From NCBI GenBank assembly GCA_902635945.1, contig CACPPU010000001.1:299453-363452 (forward strand): a stretch of DNA of 64,000 nt, in the 5' to 3' direction. Within the stretch, counting starts at the first letter, position 1. The number at the start of each line of letters is the position of its first letter. This DNA is from an uncultured Candidatus Actinomarina sp. (lineage in GTDB: Bacteria; Actinomycetota; Acidimicrobiia; Actinomarinales; Actinomarinaceae). A model generated the notes under the pieces. That model was not told where the DNA came from. It saw only the letters and a list, made by a program, of their open reading frames with translations, and did no database searches. A program made the position numbers and the translations under genes. Shown one piece after another: positions 1 through 9,529 of the stretch.

Positions 1-1089
1 TTGGGAGGTAGAGCTATGCGTGTTGTTAAAAATGATGATGAGTTAAAAAACTATCTATCAATATTGGCAACTGCAGATGATGATGGAAATCCTTTTAGCT
101 CTGGTCCACTACTTGTTGACCAGTTTCTAACCGAAACCATCGAAATAGATGTTGATTTAATTTCAGATGGAAAAGATGTCTTTATTGCAGGAATTTTAGA
201 GCATTTGGAACCTGCAGGAGTTCATAGTGGAGATTCTACTGCTGTTCTTCCACCATTTAGTATTACGGAAAGCATGATAAAGGAAATTGAAGACAAGAGT
301 ACGACCCTTGCAAAAGCCCTTGGTGTAAAAGGGTTATTAAATATTCAATTTGCTATTAAAGATGGTACATTATTTATTCTTGAGGCAAATCCGAGAGCTT
401 CAAGAACTATGCCTTTTGTGTCAAAAGTAACGGGAAACCAAATAATCAAAGCTGGCACCCTTTTAATGCTTGGACATAGTTTGGATTCAATCAAAAAAAC
501 TACCAATTATTTGAATAGTTCAACAAATAAAGTAGCTATTAAAAAAGCTATTTTTCCTTGGTCAAGATTTCCAGCTGAAGATACAATGCTTGGCCCTGAA
601 ATGAAAGCAACAGGAGAAGTATTGGGAATTGGAAGAAGTTTTGGAGTTGCTTTAAATAAAGCTTATGCAGCTGCAGGAGTTGAAATAAATGAAAATGAAA
701 AAGGAATTTTTGTGTCTCTTAGCGATCAAGAAAAACCTAATTTTATAAAAATTGTAAAAACTTATTCCGACTTAGGATTCAAAATTTATTCAACAAACGG
801 AACAGGAGAATACTTAAAAAATAACGAAATTAACTCAACTATTGTTGGAAGGGCTGATGAGACCTTTCCAACTTCTTTGACTATTCTTCAAGATAAACTA
901 ATTTCACTTGTTATCAATACACCAACATTTGCAAATGAATATACAGATGGATGGAAAATTAGGCGACTCTCACATGAGACTGGAGTAGCAGTAGTTTCAT
1001 CTGTCAGAGAAGCTGAAGCTTTTTTAAAGGCATTTTTAGAAACTACAAAATCTTTTGAAGACATGGAGGCAATACAAAATGTCAGTTAA
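1..1089 (+). CDS. carB: Carbamoyl-phosphate synthase large subunit, C-terminal part (truncated by window edge)
   Basis: GGRAM, EHLEPAGVHSGDS, EANPRASRT and LGPEMKATGEV motifs plus C-terminal MGS-like domain; precedes pyrF. Confidence 0.97.
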   Translation: MGGRAMRVVKNDDELKNYLSILATADDDGNPFSSGPLLVDQFLTETIEIDVDLISDGKDVFIAGILEHLEPAGVHSGDSTAVLPPFSITESMIKEIEDKSTTLAKALGVKGLLNIQFAIKDGTLFILEANPRASRTMPFVSKVTGNQIIKAGTLLMLGHSLDSIKKTTNYLNSSTNKVAIKKAIFPWSRFPAEDTMLGPEMKATGEVLGIGRSFGVALNKAYAAAGVEINENEKGIFVSLSDQEKPNFIKIVKTYSDLGFKIYSTNGTGEYLKNNEINSTIVGRADETFPTSLTILQDKLISLVINTPTFANEYTDGWKIRRLSHETGVAVVSSVREAEAFLKAFLETTKSFEDMEAIQNVS

Positions 1090-1717
1090 ACCAATATTCT
1101 TTGCATTAGATGGAAAATCATTATCTGAATTTGAATTTGAACTAAAGATATTAAAAGATCATATATATGGAGTAAAAGTAGGCCTTGAACTCTTTGTTTC
1201 TGAAGGGCCATCTGTTGTAGAAAAGTTAAAAAAACAAGGTTGGCAGGTTTTTTTAGACCTAAAACTTCATGATATACCAAATACTATTAAGGAAGCTACA
1301 AGAAGTGCAGCAAACCTTGGAGCAGATTTTTTAACAATTCATATTGCTTCTACTAGCGATGCCTTGATTGAAGCATCAAACACAAAAGGTAACACTCTAC
1401 AAATTCTTGGTGTAAGTAGTGCATTAACCAGTAGGGCTATGAGTAACTCAGTAAGTGAAGAAGTGAACAAAGAGTTTAAAGAAGCAAAGGAATGTGGTAT
1501 TGACGGAGTAATTTGTCCGGCTTCAGAAATATCTAAAACAAAAGAGATATTTGATTTAATTGTAACTCCTGGAATACGTCTTAAAAATGATGATAAAAAT
1601 GACCAAAAAAATGTTGCAACGCCTAATTTTGCATTCAATGAAGGTGCAAAATATATAGTTATGGGAAGATCTATAAGAAATAATCTCGACTACATTATCA
1701 ATGATTTAGAGTTATGA
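1079..1717 (+). CDS. pyrF: Orotidine-5'-phosphate decarboxylase
   Basis: FALD, KVG, FLDLKLHDIPNT (DxKxxDIxNT), VTPGIR, DQK and VMGR motifs; ATG at 1079 overlaps the carB end. Confidence 0.95.
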   Translation: MSVKPIFFALDGKSLSEFEFELKILKDHIYGVKVGLELFVSEGPSVVEKLKKQGWQVFLDLKLHDIPNTIKEATRSAANLGADFLTIHIASTSDALIEASNTKGNTLQILGVSSALTSRAMSNSVSEEVNKEFKEAKECGIDGVICPASEISKTKEIFDLIVTPGIRLKNDDKNDQKNVATPNFAFNEGAKYIVMGRSIRNNLDYIINDLEL

Positions 1718-2391
1718 AAACATTTATTGCAGCACCATTTGGAAATTATATTAAAACATCAAATACAATCTCCGTTACTGGAAGCTGGACTATAGAAAAA
1801 CGTAAAGGTCGTATAAAGCAAATTGTAAAAACACTGAGATACACCAAAAGAGGGTGGGTTAACAAAATAGGCTTAAGAAATCCGGGATTTGAACATGGTA
1901 TAAAAAATCATAAACAAAATGAGGTATTTTCAATAGCTGGAATTGAGGAAGATGATTGGAAAATTTTTGCTGAATTGATTCCTAGTGACACAAATCTAGA
2001 AGTAAATATGTCATGCCCAAATATTGAAAGCCACTTTACTTCAGGAATTGAAAACTTCAGTTATGAGTCTCGCCAGTGGTATATTGGAAAGATTTCTCCA
2101 TTAACAACTTTTGATGAGTTAGAAAAATATATAAATGAATTTAATTTTAAACAAATTCATGCTTGTAATACTTTGCCCATTGAAAAAGGTGGTTTAAGCG
2201 GAAAAGAACTTATCCCATATACTTTTAAATTTATTGAGCATATAAAGCAGTACTATCCTCATATTGAGATTATTGCTGGTGGAGGAATATCTGAAAAAAA
2301 AGATATTGAGCATTATATTGAGTTAGGCGCAGATCATATAAGTCTTGGAACTGTATGTTTCAATCCAGTAAAATTAGGAAGGTTATTATGA
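1714..2391 (+). CDS. pyrD: Short (225 aa) dihydroorotate dehydrogenase-like flavoprotein, class 1-type active-site Cys
   Basis: NKIGLRNPG, EVNMSCPN, KISP, NT, GGLSG, IIAGGGI and GAD motifs; ATGA overlap with pyrF. Confidence 0.8.
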   Translation: MKTFIAAPFGNYIKTSNTISVTGSWTIEKRKGRIKQIVKTLRYTKRGWVNKIGLRNPGFEHGIKNHKQNEVFSIAGIEEDDWKIFAELIPSDTNLEVNMSCPNIESHFTSGIENFSYESRQWYIGKISPLTTFDELEKYINEFNFKQIHACNTLPIEKGGLSGKELIPYTFKFIEHIKQYYPHIEIIAGGGISEKKDIEHYIELGADHISLGTVCFNPVKLGRLL

Positions 2392-2744
2392 ATTTATTTA
2401 TTAGAGAAGATTTTATCTCACACGCAGGATTGCCGTTGACCTGGAAGGTCGAATGTGATGCGTTAAGTGAGGGTGATTACGAAGCGCTTGCAAAAATAGT
2501 AAGCGAAAAAATTAAATTTAAAGATGTAGTTGGTATTCCTCGTGGAGGTATTCCTTTTGAAAATGCCCTTAAACAGTACGCATCTAATGACGAAAATGAT
2601 CCGTTGTTAATTTGTGACGATGTATATACAACTGGTACATCAATGAGAGAGGTTTATCAAGAGGGTGCAATTGGTATTGTAGTTTTTGCAAGGAATGAGA
2701 TTACAGATGATTGGATTAAGGCAATTTGGCAAATGTCAATCTAG
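2388..2744 (+). CDS. Minimal type I phosphoribosyltransferase, probable orotate PRTase
   Basis: PRPP-binding LLICDDVYTTGTS and VVGIPRGG; hood-like FISHAG; last gene of the pyr operon; ATG at 2388 overlaps the previous stop. Confidence 0.75.
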   Translation: MNLFIREDFISHAGLPLTWKVECDALSEGDYEALAKIVSEKIKFKDVVGIPRGGIPFENALKQYASNDENDPLLICDDVYTTGTSMREVYQEGAIGIVVFARNEITDDWIKAIWQMSI

Positions 2745-3175
2745 TCTTCTAATTTACTAATTCTCCTTAGATATCTCTCTTCTTTAATTAACGTAGCGTC
2801 TAAAAAACTTTCAACAATATTTATAACATTTTCCTCATTTATATTATTTGTACCTAAACATAGAACATTTACATCATTGTGTTCAACACTTTGTATTGCA
2901 GTATCTTTATCAACTACATTTGATGCTCTTATTCCTTTGATTTTATTAGCAGCAATTGACATGCCTACACCGCTTCCACAAATCAATAATCCTCTAGAGG
3001 ATTCATTATTGAATACAAAATCACAAGCTTCTTTTGCAAAGTCTGGAAAGTCGCAACTATCTTCATTATTAGTTCCAAAATCTTTTATGTTAATTTCTCT
3101 TTTAAGGTTGTTAACAATATAATTTTTTAATTTGTATCCAGCATGGTCAGATGCAATTGCTAAATTTTGAATCAT
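2741..3175 (-). CDS. rpiB: Ribose-5-phosphate isomerase B
   Basis: ASDHAG, CGSGVGMSIAANKIKGIRA and HNDVNVL motifs. Confidence 0.95.
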   Translation of the reverse strand: MIQNLAIASDHAGYKLKNYIVNNLKREINIKDFGTNNEDSCDFPDFAKEACDFVFNNESSRGLLICGSGVGMSIAANKIKGIRASNVVDKDTAIQSVEHNDVNVLCLGTNNINEENVINIVESFLDATLIKEERYLRRISKLED

Positions 3176-4542
3176 TAAATTAATTTTTCTATATTTAAAA
3201 GCTCATCAATTTCTTCACTTGATATCAAGTTTTTCTCAAGTAAAACTTCTTTAATAGTTTTGTTTTGTGACATAGCTTCTTTAGCAACTTCAGCAGATTT
3301 GTCATAACCAATTACAGGGACAAGGGCAGTGACTAAAATTGAATTTTTTTGAATATTTTCATCAAGCTTTTCTGTATTTGCTTCTAAATCATTAATTAAT
3401 TTTTTTTCAAATACATCAGTACTAGTAGTCAAAAGCTCAATACTTTCAAGTAGATTGTGTGCCATAACAGGTAACATTGTATTCAATTCAAAGTTCCCAT
3501 TTGATGAGGAAAAGGTAATTGTGTTGTCATTTCCTATTACTTGTGCAGAAACTTGCATAACCATTTCAGGTATTACAGGATTAACTTTTCCAGGCATGAT
3601 TGAAGAGCCAGGCTGCAATGCAGGAATAATTAGCTCATTTAGTCCAGAGACAGGTCCACTACCCATCCACCTAATATCATTTGCAATTTTAAACATAGAT
3701 ACAGCAAATGCTTTTAAGCAACCTGACAAATGAACAACTTCTTCTCTAGATCCCTGGCGAGTAAAATGGTTTTCTACTTCAACAAAATTAATACTTAATG
3801 ATTTTGAAATCTCTTTTGCAACATCTTTACCAAAATTATCTGGTGCATTGATTCCGGTACCAACTGCTGTACCACCAATAGCCAATTTACTGGCATTTAC
3901 TAGTGATAATTTAATATCTTCTAGTCTCTCTGATAAAAGTGCTGAATATCCCCTAAATTCTTGTCCAAGGGAAACAGGCGTTGCATCCATTAAGTGGGTG
4001 CGTCCATTTTTGTATACTTTTTCCCATTTTTTGGCTTTATCTTCGAGTGATTGAATTAAACTTTCAACAGCTGGAATCAAATTTTGAACGATTTCTGTTA
4101 CAGCTGCGACATTAGTAGCTGTTGGAATTACATCATTTGATGACTGACTCATGTTTACGTGGTCATTCGGATGAATATTTTCACTTAAACTTTCTGAAGC
4201 AATTTTTGAAATTATTTCATTAGCATTCATATTTGTTGAGGTGCCTGATCCAGTTTGAAATATATCCACAACAAAATCTTTGTCATGATTACCATCAATT
4301 ACCTGTTGTGATGCATCAATAATAGAATCTGCAAAATTCTTATCTAATAATTTATTATTTTGATTTACTTTTGCACAAGCTTTTTTAATCTCACCTAATG
4401 CTTTAATAAAGGATCTGGAAAATCTAAGGTTTGATATTGGGAAATTTTCTACTGCTCTTGCTGTAGAGGCTCCATATTTAGCATTTATTGGAACTTGAAA
4501 CTCTCCCATTGAGTCTTTTTCAGTTCTAAATTGTTCTGTCAT
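3175..4542 (-). CDS. fumC: Class II fumarate hydratase
   Basis: QTGSGTSTNMNANE, HPNDHVNMSQSSND, GRTHLMDATP and GSSIMPGKVNP motifs. Confidence 0.95.
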   Translation of the reverse strand: MTEQFRTEKDSMGEFQVPINAKYGASTARAVENFPISNLRFSRSFIKALGEIKKACAKVNQNNKLLDKNFADSIIDASQQVIDGNHDKDFVVDIFQTGSGTSTNMNANEIISKIASESLSENIHPNDHVNMSQSSNDVIPTATNVAAVTEIVQNLIPAVESLIQSLEDKAKKWEKVYKNGRTHLMDATPVSLGQEFRGYSALLSERLEDIKLSLVNASKLAIGGTAVGTGINAPDNFGKDVAKEISKSLSINFVEVENHFTRQGSREEVVHLSGCLKAFAVSMFKIANDIRWMGSGPVSGLNELIIPALQPGSSIMPGKVNPVIPEMVMQVSAQVIGNDNTITFSSSNGNFELNTMLPVMAHNLLESIELLTTSTDVFEKKLINDLEANTEKLDENIQKNSILVTALVPVIGYDKSAEVAKEAMSQNKTIKEVLLEKNLISSEEIDELLNIEKLI

Positions 4543-5241
4543 TTACTGTTCCTGATATTGAGTGTATCCACCAGAATCTACTTCTTCAATAAGTTCTTTA
4601 GATCCTGATTTCACGACATTTCCTTTTACTACAATATGAACTCTATCAACATCAAGGTATCTTAAAATTCTTGAGTAATGTGTGACTAATAGATAAGAGG
4701 TTTCATCATCTCTATTTTCATTAATTAAATTAGCTACTGTCTTGATAGCATCGATATCTAAACCAGAATCAATTTCATCTAGCAATGCTAGTTTTGGTTT
4801 TTTTAATGCAAGCTGGAAGAGTTCAGAACGTTTTTTTTCTCCACCTGACAAATCAACATTTACATCTCTATCTAAAAACTCTTCAACATTAAATTTCTTA
4901 GCAACAGAAACTATTTCCTCTTCGTTTAACCCTTCTGTTGAAGCCATAGCAAACTCCATTAAAGATACTCCAGGCAGGCCAACGGGATATTGATAAGATT
5001 GAAATATTCCATCATCTGCTCTTTCAAACTGAGGCTTTCCTAATATTTCACTACCATTCAGTTTTACCTCACCATTAGCCTCAAAATCTGGATTTCCCAT
5101 TAAAACATGGCATAATGTGGACTTACCAGAACCATTCGGCCCCATTACTGCGTGGAGCTCACCTTTACCAATTTCTAAATCCACCCCATTCAAAATTTTT
5201 ACATCACCAATGTTTGCAAATAAATTACTAATCTTAAGCAT
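4543..5241 (-). CDS. sufC: Fe-S cluster assembly ATPase SufC
   Basis: MGPNGSGKST, LSGGEKKR and LDEIDSGLDIDA; in operon with sufB and sufD. Confidence 0.95.
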   Translation of the reverse strand: MLKISNLFANIGDVKILNGVDLEIGKGELHAVMGPNGSGKSTLCHVLMGNPDFEANGEVKLNGSEILGKPQFERADDGIFQSYQYPVGLPGVSLMEFAMASTEGLNEEEIVSVAKKFNVEEFLDRDVNVDLSGGEKKRSELFQLALKKPKLALLDEIDSGLDIDAIKTVANLINENRDDETSYLLVTHYSRILRYLDVDRVHIVVKGNVVKSGSKELIEEVDSGGYTQYQEQ

Positions 5242-5548
5242 CTAAATTTTCCTTAATTACTAAAGAATCTCCGTCTATCTCAGTTGTAAAAACAGTAACC
5301 GGTTTTGTAGCTGGTAAAGTTAAAGCTTCACCTGTTTTCAAATCAAACTCTGCACCATGAAGAGGGCACTCTACTTTACAATCATAAACCTCTCCATCTG
5401 CAAGATCAGCTTCAGAATGAGAGCACATATTTTGAATAGCGTAATAATCTTCATCTACTTTAAACACTGCTACCGTAATTCCATTTATATCTATTTTTGT
5501 AACAGATGTATTTTCAAATTCTGAAAGCTTAATGGTATTCATGCTCAC
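5234..5548 (-). CDS. Rieske [2Fe-2S] ferredoxin
   Basis: CSH...CPLH ligands and FDLKTG; lies between sufD and sufC as in actinobacterial suf operons. Confidence 0.92.
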   Translation of the reverse strand: MSMNTIKLSEFENTSVTKIDINGITVAVFKVDEDYYAIQNMCSHSEADLADGEVYDCKVECPLHGAEFDLKTGEALTLPATKPVTVFTTEIDGDSLVIKENLDA

Positions 5549-6702
5549 TTTGATCTTTCCAGTACATTTAAATATTTTTGCATTAATTCCTCAGAAACTT
5601 TATCAGAGATAGTTTCCCAACCATCTTCACTTATAACTTCATTAAAGAAACCTTGGATTAGTAATTTTTCTGCTGAAGTTTTATCAATACCTCTAGACAT
5701 AACGTAATGGTATAAATTCTCTTCAATAGGTCCAACAGATGATCCGTGTCCACATATAACATCATCACATAAAATTTCCAGATTAGGAACCGACTGAGCA
5801 CTTGCAGTTTCTGATAGTAATATATTTCTATTTTCCTGGTGAGATTCAGTTTTTTCAGCACCCTCTGCAATGTGTATTGTTCCTGTAAAAACTGATCTAC
5901 TTTCATCACCTAGAACTCCCTTGGTTAACATATTTGATGTAGTTCTTTTTGCTATATGATTTACAAAAACTCTATTGTCGTGAACTTGAGCTTTTTCTCC
6001 AAAATAAACACCGTCAATATTGAATCCTGCTCCGTCTCCTATTAAGTCGACATCTATCCTATTTCTAGAAAATGAACCACCAGTACTTACAGTATGTATA
6101 TTGAAAAACCCATCTTTTTCAACTCGTGCAAAAATTGAATTTATAATATCTAGCTCTTTTGGAGTGTCAGCATCAATAATCAATTCCAAATTAGAGTTAC
6201 TATTTGCTAAAACTTCAATAATTGAATAAACATCTGCATTTAAAGAATCTCCGAACTTTATAGATAATTTTGCTGTGACATTCTTTTCAACATTTATTCC
6301 AATATAGGGAGTTGATAAACCTGTATTTTGTAGATTGAGTGTAACAAATTCTTGATTATTTTCTTTAAAGTCAATAATTATTCCACCATTACACTTTTGA
6401 TATTGTTGCGCCAAAAATCTATCAACAGGTCTTAAAGCATAATCAGCAATCAATGGCTCAGACACATCATTTAGATCAATAACGCTAAAAGTCTCGTTGT
6501 CTTTACAAATAAATTCATTTGAATTAAATACAATGTCAAAATCTGTGTTTTCAACTAAATCATTATTTTCTTCTTCAACTTTGAAATCATTTATTGATTC
6601 AGATATGTTTGTGTATTTCCAATCTTCATCTTTTGTTGATATTTCTTTCAATGAGTCGTAAGGCTCTGAAATTAATTTTTTTGAAAACACTTTATTATTC
6701 AA
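5545..6702 (-). CDS. sufD: Fe-S cluster assembly protein SufD
   Basis: EDWKYT, SVPNLEILCDDVICGHG and YVMSRGI; follows sufB. Confidence 0.92.
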   Translation of the reverse strand: MNNKVFSKKLISEPYDSLKEISTKDEDWKYTNISESINDFKVEEENNDLVENTDFDIVFNSNEFICKDNETFSVIDLNDVSEPLIADYALRPVDRFLAQQYQKCNGGIIIDFKENNQEFVTLNLQNTGLSTPYIGINVEKNVTAKLSIKFGDSLNADVYSIIEVLANSNSNLELIIDADTPKELDIINSIFARVEKDGFFNIHTVSTGGSFSRNRIDVDLIGDGAGFNIDGVYFGEKAQVHDNRVFVNHIAKRTTSNMLTKGVLGDESRSVFTGTIHIAEGAEKTESHQENRNILLSETASAQSVPNLEILCDDVICGHGSSVGPIEENLYHYVMSRGIDKTSAEKLLIQGFFNEVISEDGWETISDKVSEELMQKYLNVLERSK

Positions 6703-6715
6703 TTTTTATGAAACC

Positions 6716-8125
6716 TTAACCTATTGCGCCAGCTTCTATCATATTAAGTTCTATAAGTTTGTTGAACTCCATTGCATATTCCATAGGCAAGGTTTTAGTA
6801 AACTCTTCAACAAAGCCAGCAACAACCATAGATGTTGCTTCAGCTTCAGAGAGACCTCTACTCATCAAATAAAATAACTGATCTTCGCCAACTTTTGAAA
6901 CAGTAGCCTCATGGCCAATCTCGGCAGTAGATTCTTCAATTTCCATATAAGGATACGTATCGGATCTAGATTTATCATCTAATATTAAAGCATCACATCT
7001 TACGAAACTTTTAGCAGTTTCAGAGCCATCTTCTACTCTTACCAAACCTCTGTAAGCACCTCTTCCTCCACCTTTTGAAATTGATTTTGATGTGATTAGT
7101 GAAGTTGTATCTGGAGCTAAATGTACCATCTTTGCTCCAGTGTCTTGGTGTTGTCCAGAATTAGCAAACGCAACAGATAGCACTTCTCCATGAGCACCAG
7201 GCTCCATTAGGTAAACTGAAGGGTATTTCACGGTTAATGAAGAACCAATGTTGGCATCAATCCATTCCATTGTTGCATTTGCAAATGCTTGAGCTCGTTT
7301 AGTAACTAGATTAAATACATCATTGGACCAGTTTTGAATAGTTGTATATCTACATGTTCCCGAAGGTTTTACAATAATTTCAACAACTGCTGAATGTAAT
7401 GCATCAGTAGTGTACACAGGAGCAGAACATCCCTCTATATAGTGTACAGAGGCACCCTCATCAACAATTATTAGTGTTCTTTCAAACTGACCCATATTTT
7501 CAGCATTAATTCTGAAATAGGCTTGAAGAGGGTCTTCAATATGTACGCCTTTTGGTACATAAATAAATGATCCTCCCGACCAAACTGCAGAGTTAAGTGC
7601 AGCAAATTTATTGTCACCTGGAGGTATTACCGTTCCAAAATATTCCTGTACAAGTTCTGGATACTCTCTTACAGCAGTGTCCATATCACAAAAAATAACT
7701 CCCAATTTTTCAAGATCTTCTCTATTTCTGTGATAAACAACTTCACTTTCGTATTGTGCAGTAACGCCGGCAAGATAACTTCTCTCGGCTTCGGGTATGC
7801 CAAGTTTTTCATAAGTTTCTTTAATCTCATCAGGAACCATGTCCCAAGAGTCAGCCTGTTCTTCAGTCGGCTTGATGTAGTAATAAATATCGTCAAAGTC
7901 TAAAGAGTCTAATTTTTCTTTAGCTACCCACTCAGGCATTGGCTTATCTAAAAACCTTTTATATGCTTTCAATCTAAAATCAAGCATCCACTCTGGTTCT
8001 TCTTTAATTTCTGACATCTTTCTAATGATGTCCTCATTAAGACCTTTTTCAGGTTTAAAAACATTTTTCTCAGGATCAGACCACCCAAGCGAGTACTTTC
8101 CTAAATCTATATCAACATTTGCCAT
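6716..8125 (-). CDS. sufB: Fe-S cluster assembly protein SufB
   Basis: [33 protein letters not shown] and YLMSRG motifs. Confidence 0.97.
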   Translation of the reverse strand: MANVDIDLGKYSLGWSDPEKNVFKPEKGLNEDIIRKMSEIKEEPEWMLDFRLKAYKRFLDKPMPEWVAKEKLDSLDFDDIYYYIKPTEEQADSWDMVPDEIKETYEKLGIPEAERSYLAGVTAQYESEVVYHRNREDLEKLGVIFCDMDTAVREYPELVQEYFGTVIPPGDNKFAALNSAVWSGGSFIYVPKGVHIEDPLQAYFRINAENMGQFERTLIIVDEGASVHYIEGCSAPVYTTDALHSAVVEIIVKPSGTCRYTTIQNWSNDVFNLVTKRAQAFANATMEWIDANIGSSLTVKYPSVYLMEPGAHGEVLSVAFANSGQHQDTGAKMVHLAPDTTSLITSKSISKGGGRGAYRGLVRVEDGSETAKSFVRCDALILDDKSRSDTYPYMEIEESTAEIGHEATVSKVGEDQLFYLMSRGLSEAEATSMVVAGFVEEFTKTLPMEYAMEFNKLIELNMIEAGAIG

Positions 8126-8206
8126 ACTTTCATTTTAATAATGTGCTGGTTCAATCATAAAAAGTATTGATTTAATTTATTTCCTTAAGTAGTTATTATT
8201 TTTTAT

Positions 8207-8641
8207 ATGCCAGCAATTTTTATAAATCCTAATAATGAAGAACACATAAATCTATTAAATCGTCTAAAAGAACAGAATCAAGATTTAAGAGTTTTTATAT
8301 CAGACAAAATTGAAAAAGAGTTTGTAGAAAAATTACCTGGAAAAAAAGCAATAGGCGATATTTACGATGATTCACACATATACACAGCCTCTGAAGGAGC
8401 ATTTTGTGGAATATTTTACGAAGGCTCAGAAAATTCTTTAAGAGAAGTGTTTATAAAGTCAATTAAACAGTCATCATTAAAAAGAATTTTATGGATATCT
8501 AATCAGAAAGAATCGGATGAAATCACAGAATTAGACAACTTAACTTATATTTTTTGTAACAAAGATTCAAATTATGAAGATACTGTTTTGGAATTAGAAG
8601 AAATAGATGAAGTAACTGATAAATTTATCGATTTATCCTAA
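8207..8641 (+). CDS. Hypothetical protein, possibly a degenerate Rossmann/NmrA-like fold
   Basis: 144-aa ORF filling the intergenic space; alternating beta/alpha pattern and a 'GDIYD' segment reminiscent of SDR-like proteins. Confidence 0.5.
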   Translation: MPAIFINPNNEEHINLLNRLKEQNQDLRVFISDKIEKEFVEKLPGKKAIGDIYDDSHIYTASEGAFCGIFYEGSENSLREVFIKSIKQSSLKRILWISNQKESDEITELDNLTYIFCNKDSNYEDTVLELEEIDEVTDKFIDLS

Positions 8642-8689
8642 AAAACTTTGAACTTAGATTACTAGATTGTAAAGTTGTAAAATTCTCTT

Positions 8690-9529
8690 ATGAAGAAAAA
8701 TTCATTTTTTAAATCTGGTTCCGGAGCTCGGAAAGCATTTGTTTCTAACTTCCAAGATAAAACAGAATTAAAAGAATTCACAGACGCAAACAATAAATCA
8801 AAAATAGTAGATGAAATTTTTCACAAAAGCTCTGAAAATATGGAGGAGCTTGAAAATAATTCTGTTAGCCTCACAGTCACATCCCCGCCTTACAACATTG
8901 GTAAGGATAGCGACCTAGATTTAACTGATGATGAGTACTGGTCAATGATGGAAAATATTTTTAAAGAAACATATAGAGTCACTGAATCCGGGGGGAGACT
9001 TGTTGTAAATGTTGCTAATTTAGGCAGGAAACCTTATATTCCTTTTTCAAAATACTTCACAGAGCTTTTAATTGAGACTGGTTTTATTATGCGTGGTGAA
9101 ATCATATGGCAAAAGTCCAAAGGAGCTAATGCTAATTTTGCCTGGGGTAGCTGGCTATCGGCATCCAACCCAGTTATTAGAGATATTCACGAGTATTGTT
9201 TAGTATTTTCAAAAGATTCACTTAAAAAATCTACTCAAGGTGAATCTTCTCTTGAAAAAGAAGAGTTTATGGAATCCACACTTTCTATATGGAATATAAA
9301 TCCAGCGAGAGCAAAGAAAATAGGCCATCCTGCTCCATTTCCAATAGAACTGCCACAAAAATTCATAAATCTTTACACATACAAAAATGATTTAATTCTT
9401 GATCCTTTCCTGGGGAGTGGAACAACAGCTATAGCAGCAAAATTATTGGATCGAAATTTTGTTGGTTATGAAATTGAAGAAGAGTACATTGAAATTGCTA
9501 AAAATAGAATAAAAAAAGAAGTTAATTAA
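8690..9529 (+). CDS. Site-specific DNA methyltransferase (N4C/N6A, beta class)
   Basis: Catalytic TSPPY precedes HPAPFP and the SAM-binding LDPFLGSGTT (beta motif order). Confidence 0.92.
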   Translation: MKKNSFFKSGSGARKAFVSNFQDKTELKEFTDANNKSKIVDEIFHKSSENMEELENNSVSLTVTSPPYNIGKDSDLDLTDDEYWSMMENIFKETYRVTESGGRLVVNVANLGRKPYIPFSKYFTELLIETGFIMRGEIIWQKSKGANANFAWGSWLSASNPVIRDIHEYCLVFSKDSLKKSTQGESSLEKEEFMESTLSIWNINPARAKKIGHPAPFPIELPQKFINLYTYKNDLILDPFLGSGTTAIAAKLLDRNFVGYEIEEEYIEIAKNRIKKEVN

